Positions 21,191-30,223 of a DNA stretch of 61,591 bases are shown piece by piece (the first letter of the stretch is position 1; each line of letters begins with the position of its first letter). The notes below the pieces were generated by a model, which saw nothing but the letters and a program-made list of their open reading frames with translations, made no database searches and was not told the DNA's origin. The position numbers were made by a program, and so were the translations under genes. Where the stretch lies: the NCBI GenBank assembly GCA_026989495.1, contig JALSJE010000073.1:1-61591 (forward strand). Reading direction: 5' to 3'. This DNA comes from Gammaproteobacteria bacterium. GTDB taxonomy: Bacteria; Pseudomonadota; Gammaproteobacteria; S144-34.

Positions 21191-23185
21191 ATGAGCAAGG
21201 TGAGAAGGCTGGACAGCGCGCCCGACGCGGGCCGGCGTCGGCTGCTGCGTGGAGCGGCGGCGCTCGGTCTGGCCACCGGGCTCGGCCGCCTGCTGCCGGC
21301 CTACGGCTGGAGCGCGAGCGGCAACATCGAGGCGCCCAAGCGCAGCGAGGGCAATCTCGACATCTTCGAGCTCACCATCGAGCGCCGGCCCCTCCGCTTC
21401 GGGCGGCGTATCGGCCATCCCATCACGATCAACGGCACCGTCCCAGGCCCGCTGCTGCGCTGGAAGGAGGGCAGGGAGGTGGAGCTGCGTGTCACCAACC
21501 GCCTAGACGAGGACACCTCCATCCACTGGCACGGCATCCTGCTCCCGCCCGAGATGGACGGAGTGCCGGGAGTCAGCTTCGCGGGCATCAAGCCCGGGGA
21601 GACCTTCGTGTATCGCTTTCCGGTGCGCCAGTACGGCACCTACTGGTATCACAGCCATTCGGGCCTGCAGGAGCAGCTCGGCCACTACGCCCCGCTGGTG
21701 GTGGAGCCGGCCGGGCCGGAGCCCTTCGAGTACGACCGCGACTATGCGGTGGTGCTGTCGGACTGGACCTTCCATGACCCGCACTGGGTCTTCTCGCGTC
21801 TAAAGAAGTCCGAGGGCTACTTCAACTACCAGCAGCGCACGGTGGGCGAGTTCCTGCGTGAGGCACGCGAGAAGGGCTGGGCGCAGGCCTGGCGTGATCG
21901 TGCCATGTGGGCGGTGATGCGCATGAGCTCGCGCGACATCCTCGACGTGACCGGCGCCGAGTATACCTACCTCATCAACGGCCGCCCTGCCGAGACCGAG
22001 TGGAGCGCGCTGTTCCGACCCGGCGAGCGGGTACGCCTGCGCTTCATCAATGCCGCGGCCATGACCTTCTTCGACGTGCGCATACCCGGCCTCAGGATGA
22101 CGGTGGTGCAGGCCGACGGCCAGCACGTGGCGCCCGTGACCGTGGACGAGTTCCGCATCGGCGTGGCCGAGACCTACGACGTGATCGTCGAGCCCGACGA
22201 CCGGCCCTACACCATCATGGCCGAGGCCATGGACCGTTCCGGGTTCGTGCGCGCGAGCCTCACGCCGCGCGCGGGGCTGCGCGGTCCCGACGTGACGCCC
22301 CGCCCGGGGCCGGTGGAGCGCGACGCCGCCGCCATGGGGCACGCGGGCCACGGCGGGCATGGCGGCCACGGCATGCAGGGCGTTGGCGCCGGCATGCAGG
22401 GCGGCAGCTCCGAGGCCACGGGCGGGGACGGCGGGATGGCCGGCACGGGCCATGCAGCCGGCAAGTCCGCCCCGGACGGCGCCCACGCGGGCCACGCCAT
22501 GCCCGGCGGCCACGGAATGCACCGCCAGGCCGACGCCATGAAGGGCATGGCGGACAGCGAGGGCATGCACGGCATGAAAGGAATGCACGGCATGCACGGC
22601 CACGGGGGCATGGCCCACGGCGCGGCAGCGGCCCCGTCGGGCTGGGTGCTCGCAGGACGCACCGTCAAGCACCCGCCGGGCGGCCACGGCCCGGGCGCGG
22701 CCATGGTCACCGACAACCCCCAGTACCGCATGGACGAGCCGGGCGTGGGGCTGGCGAGCACGCCGGGCCACCGCGTGCTGGTCTACGACGACCTGCGCGC
22801 GCTCGCGCCCTGGCCCGACCGGCGTCCGCCCCAGCGCGAGATCGAGCTCCACCTCACGGGGAACATGGAACGCTACATGTGGTCCTTCGACGGCAAGAAA
22901 TTCACGGAGGTGAGGGGCCCGATCCATTTCCGCCACGGCGAACGCCTGCGGCTGATCATGGTCAACGACACCATGATGGACCACCCCATCCACCTGCACG
23001 GCATGTGGATGGAGCTCGAGAACGCCCAGGGCGAGCTGCGCCCGCGCAAGCACACGGTGGTGCTCAAGCCGGGCGAGATGCTCTCGGTGCTGATCACCGC
23101 GGATGCCCCCGGCGACTGGGCCTTCCACTGCCATCTGCTCTATCACATGAAGGCGGGCATGTTCCGCGTGGTCTCGGTGTCCTGA
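21191..23185 (+). CDS. copA: Copper-resistance multicopper oxidase CopA/PcoA (Tat-exported)
   Basis: RRRLL Tat motif, HWHG, WYHSH, HPIHLHG, HCHLLYHM; His/Met-rich insert. Confidence 0.96.
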   Translation: MSKVRRLDSAPDAGRRRLLRGAAALGLATGLGRLLPAYGWSASGNIEAPKRSEGNLDIFELTIERRPLRFGRRIGHPITINGTVPGPLLRWKEGREVELRVTNRLDEDTSIHWHGILLPPEMDGVPGVSFAGIKPGETFVYRFPVRQYGTYWYHSHSGLQEQLGHYAPLVVEPAGPEPFEYDRDYAVVLSDWTFHDPHWVFSRLKKSEGYFNYQQRTVGEFLREAREKGWAQAWRDRAMWAVMRMSSRDILDVTGAEYTYLINGRPAETEWSALFRPGERVRLRFINAAAMTFFDVRIPGLRMTVVQADGQHVAPVTVDEFRIGVAETYDVIVEPDDRPYTIMAEAMDRSGFVRASLTPRAGLRGPDVTPRPGPVERDAAAMGHAGHGGHGGHGMQGVGAGMQGGSSEATGGDGGMAGTGHAAGKSAPDGAHAGHAMPGGHGMHRQADAMKGMADSEGMHGMKGMHGMHGHGGMAHGAAAAPSGWVLAGRTVKHPPGGHGPGAAMVTDNPQYRMDEPGVGLASTPGHRVLVYDDLRALAPWPDRRPPQREIELHLTGNMERYMWSFDGKKFTEVRGPIHFRHGERLRLIMVNDTMMDHPIHLHGMWMELENAQGELRPRKHTVVLKPGEMLSVLITADAPGDWAFHCHLLYHMKAGMFRVVSVS

Positions 23186-23203
23186 GCTGAGGGAGGATTC
23201 ATC

Positions 23204-23989
23204 ATGGCCAGCAAGACGATCCGTGCGCTCGCCCCTCTCGCGGCCGGGGCACTGGCGCTCCTCACTGCGACGCAGGCCGCCCGGGCGGCCGGGGTCGGGC
23301 CCAACGCGCAGCCGGGCTGGCCTCTGCCCGTGAACGATGCCGTCACATACGGCAAGGTGCTGGTCGACCGGCTGGAGTACGCCCGCGGCGACGACGAGGA
23401 CGTCCTCGAGTACGACCTGCAGGCCTGGTACGGCGGCGACTACCAGCGCCTGTGGATCGAGACCGAGGGCGAGGACGTCCGCTCCGGCGGCGGGGGCGGC
23501 GACATCGAGAACTTTGACATCCAGTACAGCCGCCTCATCCGCCCCTTCTGGGACGTGCAGGCCGGCGTAGGCTTCCGCCGCGCCTACGGCTCCGGCCCGG
23601 ACCACAACCAGGGCTACCTGGTCCTCGGCGTCCAGGGGCTCGCCCCCTACCTCTTCGAGGTGGACGCCAATATCCGCGTGAGCGAGGCCGGCGATGCCTG
23701 GTTCGACCTGGAAGCCGAGCACGACATGCGCCTCGGGCAAAGGCTGTACCTGCAGCCTCGCTTCGAGACCGTGGTGGCCGCCGGCAGCGACGAGGATTTC
23801 GGCATGGGGCCGGGTCTGAACAGCCTCCGGCTGGGGCTCAGGCTGCGCTACGAGTTCCGCCGCGAGTTCGCCCCCTACATCGGCGTGCGCTGGTGGCGGC
23901 TCTTCGGACGCACGGCCGACATGGCGCGTGACGACGGCGAGCCCACGGACGACTTCGCCGTGGTGGCCGGCATCCGCGCCTGGTTCTGA
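23204..23989 (+). CDS. copB: Copper-resistance outer-membrane protein CopB/PcoB
   Basis: DRLE, GLAPY, GLRLRYEFRREFAPYIGV, C-terminal GIRAWF. Confidence 0.94.
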   Translation: MASKTIRALAPLAAGALALLTATQAARAAGVGPNAQPGWPLPVNDAVTYGKVLVDRLEYARGDDEDVLEYDLQAWYGGDYQRLWIETEGEDVRSGGGGGDIENFDIQYSRLIRPFWDVQAGVGFRRAYGSGPDHNQGYLVLGVQGLAPYLFEVDANIRVSEAGDAWFDLEAEHDMRLGQRLYLQPRFETVVAAGSDEDFGMGPGLNSLRLGLRLRYEFRREFAPYIGVRWWRLFGRTADMARDDGEPTDDFAVVAGIRAWF

Positions 23990-23993
23990 GCGC

Positions 23994-24027
23994 GGCACCC
24001 GGGGCGGGCCTGGCCCGCCCCGGTGCC
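23994..24027. terminator. Hairpin after copB
   Basis: GGCACC(C)GGGGCGGGCC-T-GGCCCGCCCCGGTGCC. Confidence 0.5.
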
Positions 24028-24057
24028 TTCACACCGGCTTCGATGGAGATGCGAACG

Positions 24058-24570
24058 ATGGCGAATGCGCGAGCGAAGCTCATGGTCCTGGGCGCGGCCC
24101 TGCTGCTGGCCGGCTGCAGCGGCGGCGAAGAAGGCGGCAGCAAGATGGGCGGCGGCAGCGGCGGCCCGCCTGCGTCCGGTGGCGAAGGCGCCGCCCCCGT
24201 GGCGCGGATTTTCTCCGATCCGGAGATGATCGCGCGCGGGCGGCAGCTCTACCGGGCGAACTGCGCCCGCTGCCACGGCGAGAACGCCCAGGGCGCCTTC
24301 AACTGGCGCCGGCGCGGGCCCGACGGCAAATGGCCGCCGCCGCCCCTCGACGGCTCGGGTCACACCTGGCACCATCCGCTGGCCGCCCTGCGCCACACCA
24401 TCCGTAACGGCACCCTGACGATGGGCGGCAGCATGCCCGCCTGGAAGGACAAGCTCGGCGACGAGGAGATCGACGCCATCATCGCCTGGTTCCAGTCCCT
24501 GTGGCCGGACGAGATCTACCGGCAATGGCTCGCCATCGATGAGCGCGCTCGGCGGCGCAACGCCCGTTGA
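24058..24570 (+). CDS. Lipoprotein monoheme cytochrome c
   Basis: LLLAGC lipobox, CARCH, PPLDGSGHTWHH, MPAW. Confidence 0.9.
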   Translation: MANARAKLMVLGAALLLAGCSGGEEGGSKMGGGSGGPPASGGEGAAPVARIFSDPEMIARGRQLYRANCARCHGENAQGAFNWRRRGPDGKWPPPPLDGSGHTWHHPLAALRHTIRNGTLTMGGSMPAWKDKLGDEEIDAIIAWFQSLWPDEIYRQWLAIDERARRRNAR

Positions 24571-24757
24571 GGGCGGTGCTGCCTGAAACGTAGATGCCGT
24601 GGCGGGGAGCGAAGCCTCTGTCGGCGATCCGCCGAGGGGCCTGCCTACCGCCGGGGCGGGCTTTCTCCGCCCTCTCCCGCTGGCCTGGCCTCGCGTGCGG
24701 CCGCGCCTCCGTATCGACGAGTGAATCTTCAGCGCTTTCCTCACGGTGTTCGCATGT

Positions 24758-24771
24758 TTGACGCAGATCAG
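24758..24771. promoter_or_regulatory. FNR-like box (TTGACGCAGATCAG)
   Basis: Two mismatches to TTGAT-N4-ATCAA, ~100 bp upstream of the DUF302 gene. Confidence 0.4.
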
Positions 24772-24873
24772 CGAAAGCCCCCCCATCCTGTCCTAAGCTG
24801 GCTTGAGAAAACGGCTAGCCGCCCCAATAGTAAGTTAGATACCTGCAACCGGCGGACAGAAAGGGTGTAGCAA

Positions 24874-25275
24874 ATGTACGGTTTCTCAATCGTGCTGGAC
24901 CGACCCTTCGAGGACGCGGTGGCGGCAGTGACCGAGGCGCTCAGGCAGGAGGGCTTCGGGGTGCTCACCGAGATCGACGTGCAGGCCACCCTCAAGGCCA
25001 AGCTGGGCGTGGACCATCCGCCCTACCGCATCCTGGGGGCCTGCAACCCGCCACTGGCGCACCGCGCGCTCGAGGCCGACCCCGACATCGGCCTGCTGCT
25101 GCCCTGCAACGTGGTCGTGCGGCAGGAGACCGACGGCCACGTGACCGTGGCCTTCATGGACCCCAAGGCGGTGCTGCAGCTCGTGGACAAGCCGGAGATC
25201 GCCGAGCTCGCCGCCGAGGTGCGCCAGCGCCTCGAGCGCGTGCGCGACGCGCTGGCGCGGGAGGCGGCGGCCTGA
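24874..25275 (+). CDS. DUF302 family protein
   Basis: [29 protein letters not shown]. Confidence 0.9.
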   Translation: MYGFSIVLDRPFEDAVAAVTEALRQEGFGVLTEIDVQATLKAKLGVDHPPYRILGACNPPLAHRALEADPDIGLLLPCNVVVRQETDGHVTVAFMDPKAVLQLVDKPEIAELAAEVRQRLERVRDALAREAAA

Positions 25276-25282
25276 GGTGGCC

Positions 25283-25690
25283 ATGCCCGGGGCGGCCCAC
25301 CGGTTCGCTGCATTCTGCCGGCGCATCGCGCCGGTCGTGGCGCTGGTTTGGGCGCTGGGCTTCCTCGGTCCGCTGGCCGATCGCTGCTGTGAAGCGTGGG
25401 CCGCCGAGGCTGGCGGGGTAGCGGCCGGCCATTCGCACGATCATGATGCCGCCCGGGTCCCCGGACATGACACACGCGAGCCCCCGCTCTGCCTGCCTGA
25501 TCCTTCCAGGCTGCCGACGGTCGCCGCCACGGCGCGCGCAGAGGCGCCCGAGCCGGGCGGCGCCGCACCTTCCCCGTTGATACGGCCTTTCCTCGTCCAT
25601 AACGGGGGGCCGGTGCCACGCGGCCGGATATCGTCTCCCTCCGGTTCGCCGCGCCGGCTCCTGCTGCTCACCCGCAGGCTTCTCATCTAG
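25283..25690 (+). CDS. Cys/His/Pro-rich exported protein, putative leader ORF
   Basis: Signal-like N-terminus, CC, HSHDHD, C, Pro-rich tail ending LLLLTRRLLI. Confidence 0.55.
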   Translation: MPGAAHRFAAFCRRIAPVVALVWALGFLGPLADRCCEAWAAEAGGVAAGHSHDHDAARVPGHDTREPPLCLPDPSRLPTVAATARAEAPEPGGAAPSPLIRPFLVHNGGPVPRGRISSPSGSPRRLLLLTRRLLI

Positions 25691-25899
25691 CGCTGCGTCG
25701 AAAAGGGTGCCGCGGGCTGTCCGTGGTCCCCCGCCCTGCCGGCGCTTCCGGTCCGGGATGGACGTCCGGATCCGGTGCCCGGGCCCTATTCGGCGAGGGA
25801 CGCCGGCGGCCATCCGCGACGGCGTCCGGTCCTTCCCTTTCGGAATGGCCGACGCCATCGGGGTGGTCCAGGGATGGCTCCGGGTATGTCGGCGCACGG

Positions 25900-26029
25900 T
25901 CCCCCACGGCGGGTGTGGCCGCGGGAGGGCCCACGCACAGGGAAGTGCATGACGACCCGAGGAAAATCAGAATGGCCACGAACTGCTTCGGCGCTGATCG
26001 ATCCGCGCGGCAGGTTGATCGGAATTTCC
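25900..26029 (+). repeat. Dispersed multi-hairpin repeat, copy B
   Basis: GCACAGGGAAGTGCATGACGAC..GGAAAATCAGAATG..CTGATCGATCCGCGCGG..TTGATC. Confidence 0.88.
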
Positions 26030-26076
26030 AGATTCGATAACGCCGAACGAGGCAGAGAGACGCCAGGAGGTCCACC

Positions 26077-26652
26077 ATGAGGTTGAGAACCGTTTTCGCG
26101 GCAATCGGCATCGCATCGATGGCTAGCGTGTCCCCCCCGGCGCCGGCCCACGGCAAGGCATCGATGGCACATGGCACCCACCGGCATGCGGAGTGGGTGG
26201 ATCCGCCGCCCGAATATGCCGGCCGGCATGGCACGCGCTGGGCGGACCTCGAGGCCGCGCTGCGCGGCCAGCGCCTCTACCGGCAGCATTGCGTGCAGTG
26301 CCACGGCGAGGACGGGCGGGGCACGGGTGCCGCCGCCGCAGCGCTCGCCCACAAACCGGCCGATCTCACGAACCACTTCCACAAGCCGCCCCATGATGGC
26401 GACGCCTACCTGTTCTGGCGAGTCAGCGAAGGTGGCACGGTACCCCCCTTCAGCGGCATGGGTTCGCAGATGCCGGCCTTCAAGCACGTGCTGAGCGAGG
26501 ACGAGCGCTGGGACGTCCTCACCTACGTGCACGTCTATTTCCATCTCGGTCTCGCGCGCTGGCGCATGGCCGGGGCGGCCGGTAGCGGCGCAGATGGCGG
26601 GGCCGGGCCACGCCGGGAGGAGGACAGCCATGATGGCCATGAACGTCACTGA
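26077..26652 (+). CDS. Monoheme cytochrome c with His-rich N-terminus
   Basis: Signal peptide, CVQCHGEDGRG, PADLT, DAYLFWRVSEG, MPAF. AGGAGG RBS. Confidence 0.9.
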   Translation: MRLRTVFAAIGIASMASVSPPAPAHGKASMAHGTHRHAEWVDPPPEYAGRHGTRWADLEAALRGQRLYRQHCVQCHGEDGRGTGAAAAALAHKPADLTNHFHKPPHDGDAYLFWRVSEGGTVPPFSGMGSQMPAFKHVLSEDERWDVLTYVHVYFHLGLARWRMAGAAGSGADGGAGPRREEDSHDGHERH

Positions 26653-27034
26653 GCTGGCGCGGGCTGCGGGTGTGCCGCCGCATGTGGTGCGCTATTACGC
26701 CCGGATCGGCCTGCTGCATCCTGCGCGCAATCCGGTGAACGGATACCGCCTCTTCGGCGCCGCCGATCTGGAGCGGCTGCGCCTCGCACGCGGCCTGCGC
26801 GCGTTGGGCTGCGGCCTCGACGAGGTGCGGCGTGCCATCGAGGCGATGGAGCGCGGTGAGGAAGCGGGCGAGCGCACGCTCTACGAGATACTCGAGCGCC
26901 AGCTCGAGCGGACCCGGCAGGAAATGGCCGTGCTGCGCATGCGCGAGCACGTCCTTGCGAGGCTGGTCGGACGCCGCCCGCGCCGCAGTCCGCGGCGGGT
27001 GGTGCGGCGCCGTGTCTCGGAGCTGGGCGCCTAG
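26639..27034 (+). CDS. MerR-family regulator lacking the C-terminal Cys metal site
   Basis: MNVTELARAAGVPPHVVRYYARIGLL..NGYRLF HTH plus coiled coil. Confidence 0.85.
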   Translation: MNVTELARAAGVPPHVVRYYARIGLLHPARNPVNGYRLFGAADLERLRLARGLRALGCGLDEVRRAIEAMERGEEAGERTLYEILERQLERTRQEMAVLRMREHVLARLVGRRPRRSPRRVVRRRVSELGA

Positions 27035-27138
27035 CGGCGCGCAGGCGAGCGCCACGCGCCGCGTCCGGCCGGATCGAAGGCTCCAGGCTGAGGGGGCCGC
27101 GCTGCGGTCCCCACGTGACAGAGAGGAGGTACAGAGCC

Positions 27139-28383
27139 ATGGCAGAGAAGCGACGTCGGCTGAAGGAGGCCGCGGCAGCGGTGGCGCTCGGTGCAGCCCT
27201 TGGGGCCGCGCCGGTGCAGGGCGCCGATACGGCGCGGGTGGCTGAGGCGATCCGGGCCGAGCTCGAGGCCCTCAAGTCGCGCATCCGGGAGCTGGAGAAG
27301 CAGCTCGCCGAGCAGCGGCGTGTCGAGCAGGAGGTGAAGGACCTCAGGCGCGAGGTCAGGTCGGCCGCCGAGTGGAAGAGCCCCAACACGCTCATCCATA
27401 TGGCGGGCTACGCGGACGTCGGCTACACCGACACCCGTTCCCGCACCGGCACCTTCGGCTCCGGCACATTCAATCCCATCCTCCATTACCAGTACCGCGA
27501 CGTGGTGATGCTCGAATCCGAGCTTGCCATGAGCGTCGACGAGCTCGGCGAGACCACGACCGAGCTCGAGTACCTCACCATCGACTGGTTCGCCAACGAC
27601 TACGTCACCGTCGTGGCGGGCAAGTTCCTGAGCCCGCTCGGCTGGTTCCGGCAGAACCTGCATCCGTCCTGGATCAACAAGCTGCCCTCGGCGCCGGCGG
27701 GCTTCGGCCACGACCAGGCAGCGCCCAATGCGGAAGTGGGTGTGCAGGTGCGCGGCGGCGTGCCGGTATCCGGCAACGGCAACCGCCTCATCTACGCATT
27801 CTACGTGGGCAACGGGCCGGCGGCCGAAATCGAGTCCGGCGAGATCGAGATGATCGAGACCCCCGGCCTCGGCGGCGACGCCGACGGCAAGAAGGTCTTC
27901 GGCGGGCGGCTGGGGCTCTACTTCCCCGGCCGGCGGCTCGAGCTCGGTCTCTCGGGCGCCGCGGGGCGGGTCGGCGAGATCGAAGAAGTCGGGAAATCCA
28001 GGAAATACACCGGCGTGACACGCGACTACGACTTCCTCGGCGCCGACTTCACCTGGCGGCCACGCCAGTTCGAGGTCCGCGGCGAGTGGGTGCGGCAGAA
28101 GGTGGGTGACCAGCCCGCCAGCTCGGCGCCGGAGGGCGGCACCTGGCAGGCGTGGTACCTGCAGGGCTCCTACCGTTTCATGCCGCATAAATGGGAGGTG
28201 GTCGCCCGGCTCGGCCGCTACCGCACGCCGCACAGCGAGGTGGAGCAGAAGGCGTTGGGTCTCAATTACATCTTCGCGAGCAACTTCGTCGCCAAGCTCG
28301 CCTACGAGTTCAACGACGACCGGGGTGCGGAGTCCTCGGGCTACGAGGACCGGCTGCTGCTTCAGGCGAGCTACGGCTTCTGA
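27139..28383 (+). CDS. Outer-membrane porin-like beta-barrel with N-terminal coiled coil
   Basis: Signal peptide, coiled coil, alternating beta strands, GKFLSPLG, terminal SYGF. Confidence 0.82.
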   Translation: MAEKRRRLKEAAAAVALGAALGAAPVQGADTARVAEAIRAELEALKSRIRELEKQLAEQRRVEQEVKDLRREVRSAAEWKSPNTLIHMAGYADVGYTDTRSRTGTFGSGTFNPILHYQYRDVVMLESELAMSVDELGETTTELEYLTIDWFANDYVTVVAGKFLSPLGWFRQNLHPSWINKLPSAPAGFGHDQAAPNAEVGVQVRGGVPVSGNGNRLIYAFYVGNGPAAEIESGEIEMIETPGLGGDADGKKVFGGRLGLYFPGRRLELGLSGAAGRVGEIEEVGKSRKYTGVTRDYDFLGADFTWRPRQFEVRGEWVRQKVGDQPASSAPEGGTWQAWYLQGSYRFMPHKWEVVARLGRYRTPHSEVEQKALGLNYIFASNFVAKLAYEFNDDRGAESSGYEDRLLLQASYGF

Positions 28384-28403
28384 TCCGAGAGGAGGACACC
28401 ACC

Positions 28404-28685
28404 ATGGGCAAGCGAACAATGGCCGTCCTGGCCGGTCTGGCAATGGGGCCGGCCCTGCTGATGGGGCATGCAGGTGCCGTGTGGGCCGAGTACCCGCCGG
28501 AGGGAGACTTCGTGCGGGGTGCGCGGCTGTGGGCGGAGAACTGCGGCCGTTGCCACAACATCCGCGATCCGCGCGAGCTGCGCGACGACCAGTGGATCAC
28601 CACCGTGTACCACATGCGGGTCCGCGGCGGCCTTACGGGCCAGGACGTACGCGATATCTATACCTTCCTCAAGCAGAGCAACTGA
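28404..28685 (+). CDS. Small periplasmic monoheme cytochrome c
   Basis: GAGGAGG RBS, signal peptide, CGRCH, W..HMR. Confidence 0.88.
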   Translation: MGKRTMAVLAGLAMGPALLMGHAGAVWAEYPPEGDFVRGARLWAENCGRCHNIRDPRELRDDQWITTVYHMRVRGGLTGQDVRDIYTFLKQSN

Positions 28686-28795
28686 AGCCGGAGGGGCCGG
28701 CGGGCGGTGCCGCCCGCCGGCCCGTGCCGCTGGGGGAGCACAAGTCGGGAGATGCGTCGCCGAACGGCGGGGCGGAAGCCCTCGGCAGCGCGGCC

Positions 28796-29198
28796 GGAAC
28801 GGTATCCCCGCTCGCTGCCGGGCTGGGCGTCGCACCCGCGTGGCTCGATACTACGCCCGCACCGGCTTCCTGCTGCCTGCCCGTGACCTTCGCAACGGCT
28901 GCCGCCTCTTCGATGGGCGGGAGCTGGCGCGACTGCGCTTCATGCGCGCAGGACCCAGGCACCTCGCTTCAGACTGGGCGAGATTCGGGCCATGCTGGCC
29001 GACGCCGATCGGAGCAGATTCCCTTGCCCGCGGGTGCCCAGGGTTCCGGTCCGGTGGATCGCGGAGAACTGCCGGTGCCTCGAGGCCATGCGGGCCCTGG
29101 AGGAGCGCAGGAGAAGGCCTTGGCGGAATGGAAGCGTGAGCCCGATGTGTTGAGACGGGCGAGTCCATCCGCCACCTGATCACGTCCCGTTCTCCCTG
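28796..29198 (+). pseudogene. Multiply frameshifted MerR-family (Cys-type) regulator
   Basis: Consecutive frames give TVSPLAAGLGV / RYYARTGFLLPARDLRNGCRLF..LRFMR / FRLGEIRAMLADADRSRFPCPRV / EKALAEWK / ESIRHLITS. Confidence 0.72.
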
Positions 29199-29256
29199 GA
29201 CCGGCGGCCCGCGTGACGGGCCCGGCACGCCCTGTCCGGGAGGTGGCGATTAGGTC

Positions 29257-29287
29257 TTGACCTGTACGCCGTGCACAGGTGTGCAAT
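29257..29287 (+). promoter_or_regulatory. MerR-type promoter 1
   Basis: TTGACC-19 bp-TGCAAT with dyad ACCTG-N11-CAGGT. Confidence 0.75.
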
Positions 29288-29330
29288 GGGGCGACGTCGG
29301 CAGGGGTGTGGCCAGGGAGCGGGAGCCGCC

Positions 29331-29924
29331 ATGGACCGCGATCGCAGACGATGGCTCGCTGGTGCGGCCGTCCTGATGGGCGGCGCGGGGGTGGCCGCCC
29401 TGGCCGTGCCCTTCATCCGCTCGATGGGGCCGAGCGCCAGGGCGCGGGCGGCGGGGGCGCCGGTGCAGGTGGACTTCTCCCGCCTCGAGCCCGGCCAGCA
29501 GATCACGGTCGAATGGCGCGGGCGGCCCGTCTGGGTGATGCGCCGGACCAAACGCATGCTGGCCCGCATGCGCGAGCCCGAGCACCTGCGGCGGCTGCGC
29601 GATCCCGGCTCCCGTGTCGAGACCCAGCAGCCGCCCTACGCGCGCAACGCCACGCGCTCCATCCGCCCCGAGATCTTCGTGGTGATCGGCATCTGCACCC
29701 ACCTCGGGTGCGTGCCCACCTACCGGCCGGAGGAGTCGCCGCCCGACCTGGGTCCCGACTGGATCGGCGGCTATTTCTGCCCCTGCCACGGCTCGCGCTT
29801 CGACCTCGCGGGGCGGGTCTACAAGGGGGTGCCGGCACCCACCAACCTGGTGGTGCCGCCCCATCGCTATCTGTCGGATACCGTGGTCGAGGTGGGGGTG
29901 CATCCGCAGACGGAGGGTGGATGA
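29331..29924 (+). CDS. petA: Rieske [2Fe-2S] subunit of ubiquinol:cytochrome c reductase (orphan)
   Basis: RRRWL Tat anchor, WRGRPVW, CTHLGC, CPCHGS, PAPTNL. Confidence 0.93.
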   Translation: MDRDRRRWLAGAAVLMGGAGVAALAVPFIRSMGPSARARAAGAPVQVDFSRLEPGQQITVEWRGRPVWVMRRTKRMLARMREPEHLRRLRDPGSRVETQQPPYARNATRSIRPEIFVVIGICTHLGCVPTYRPEESPPDLGPDWIGGYFCPCHGSRFDLAGRVYKGVPAPTNLVVPPHRYLSDTVVEVGVHPQTEGG

Positions 29925-29947
29925 GCGGCATGCGGGAGGCGGACGCG

Positions 29948-30223
29948 ATGGCGACGATCAGGGCGCGCGTGCTCGCCACGGGCCACGCGACGAGCCTCTT
30001 CCTCGTGGTGAGCTATCTGGCCTGCGTGGCCTGGGACCTTCTGTTTCCGCAGTACGCCATGTTCGAGGCCTGGCGGGCGCTGCTGCCGGGCTTCTCGTGG
30101 AGCTGGGGCGGCTTCCTGGCCGGGCTCGCCGGCAGCTACCTCTACGGCTGGTGGTTCGCCCTGCTGTGGGTGCCTCTGCACGCGCATTTCCTGCGGCGGG
30201 TCGGGAGCGCCGGCGATGCCTGA
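29948..30223 (+). CDS. Small two-helix membrane protein (DUF5676-like)
   Basis: SYLAC..W..LLPGFSW..F..GL..S..YGWW pattern. Confidence 0.7.
   Translation: MATIRARVLATGHATSLFLVVSYLACVAWDLLFPQYAMFEAWRALLPGFSWSWGGFLAGLAGSYLYGWWFALLWVPLHAHFLRRVGSAGDA

Noticed and set aside
27139-28383. Bona fide Cyc2 or MtrB
   Set aside because: No N-terminal CxxCH, too short for MtrB, and no multiheme partner.
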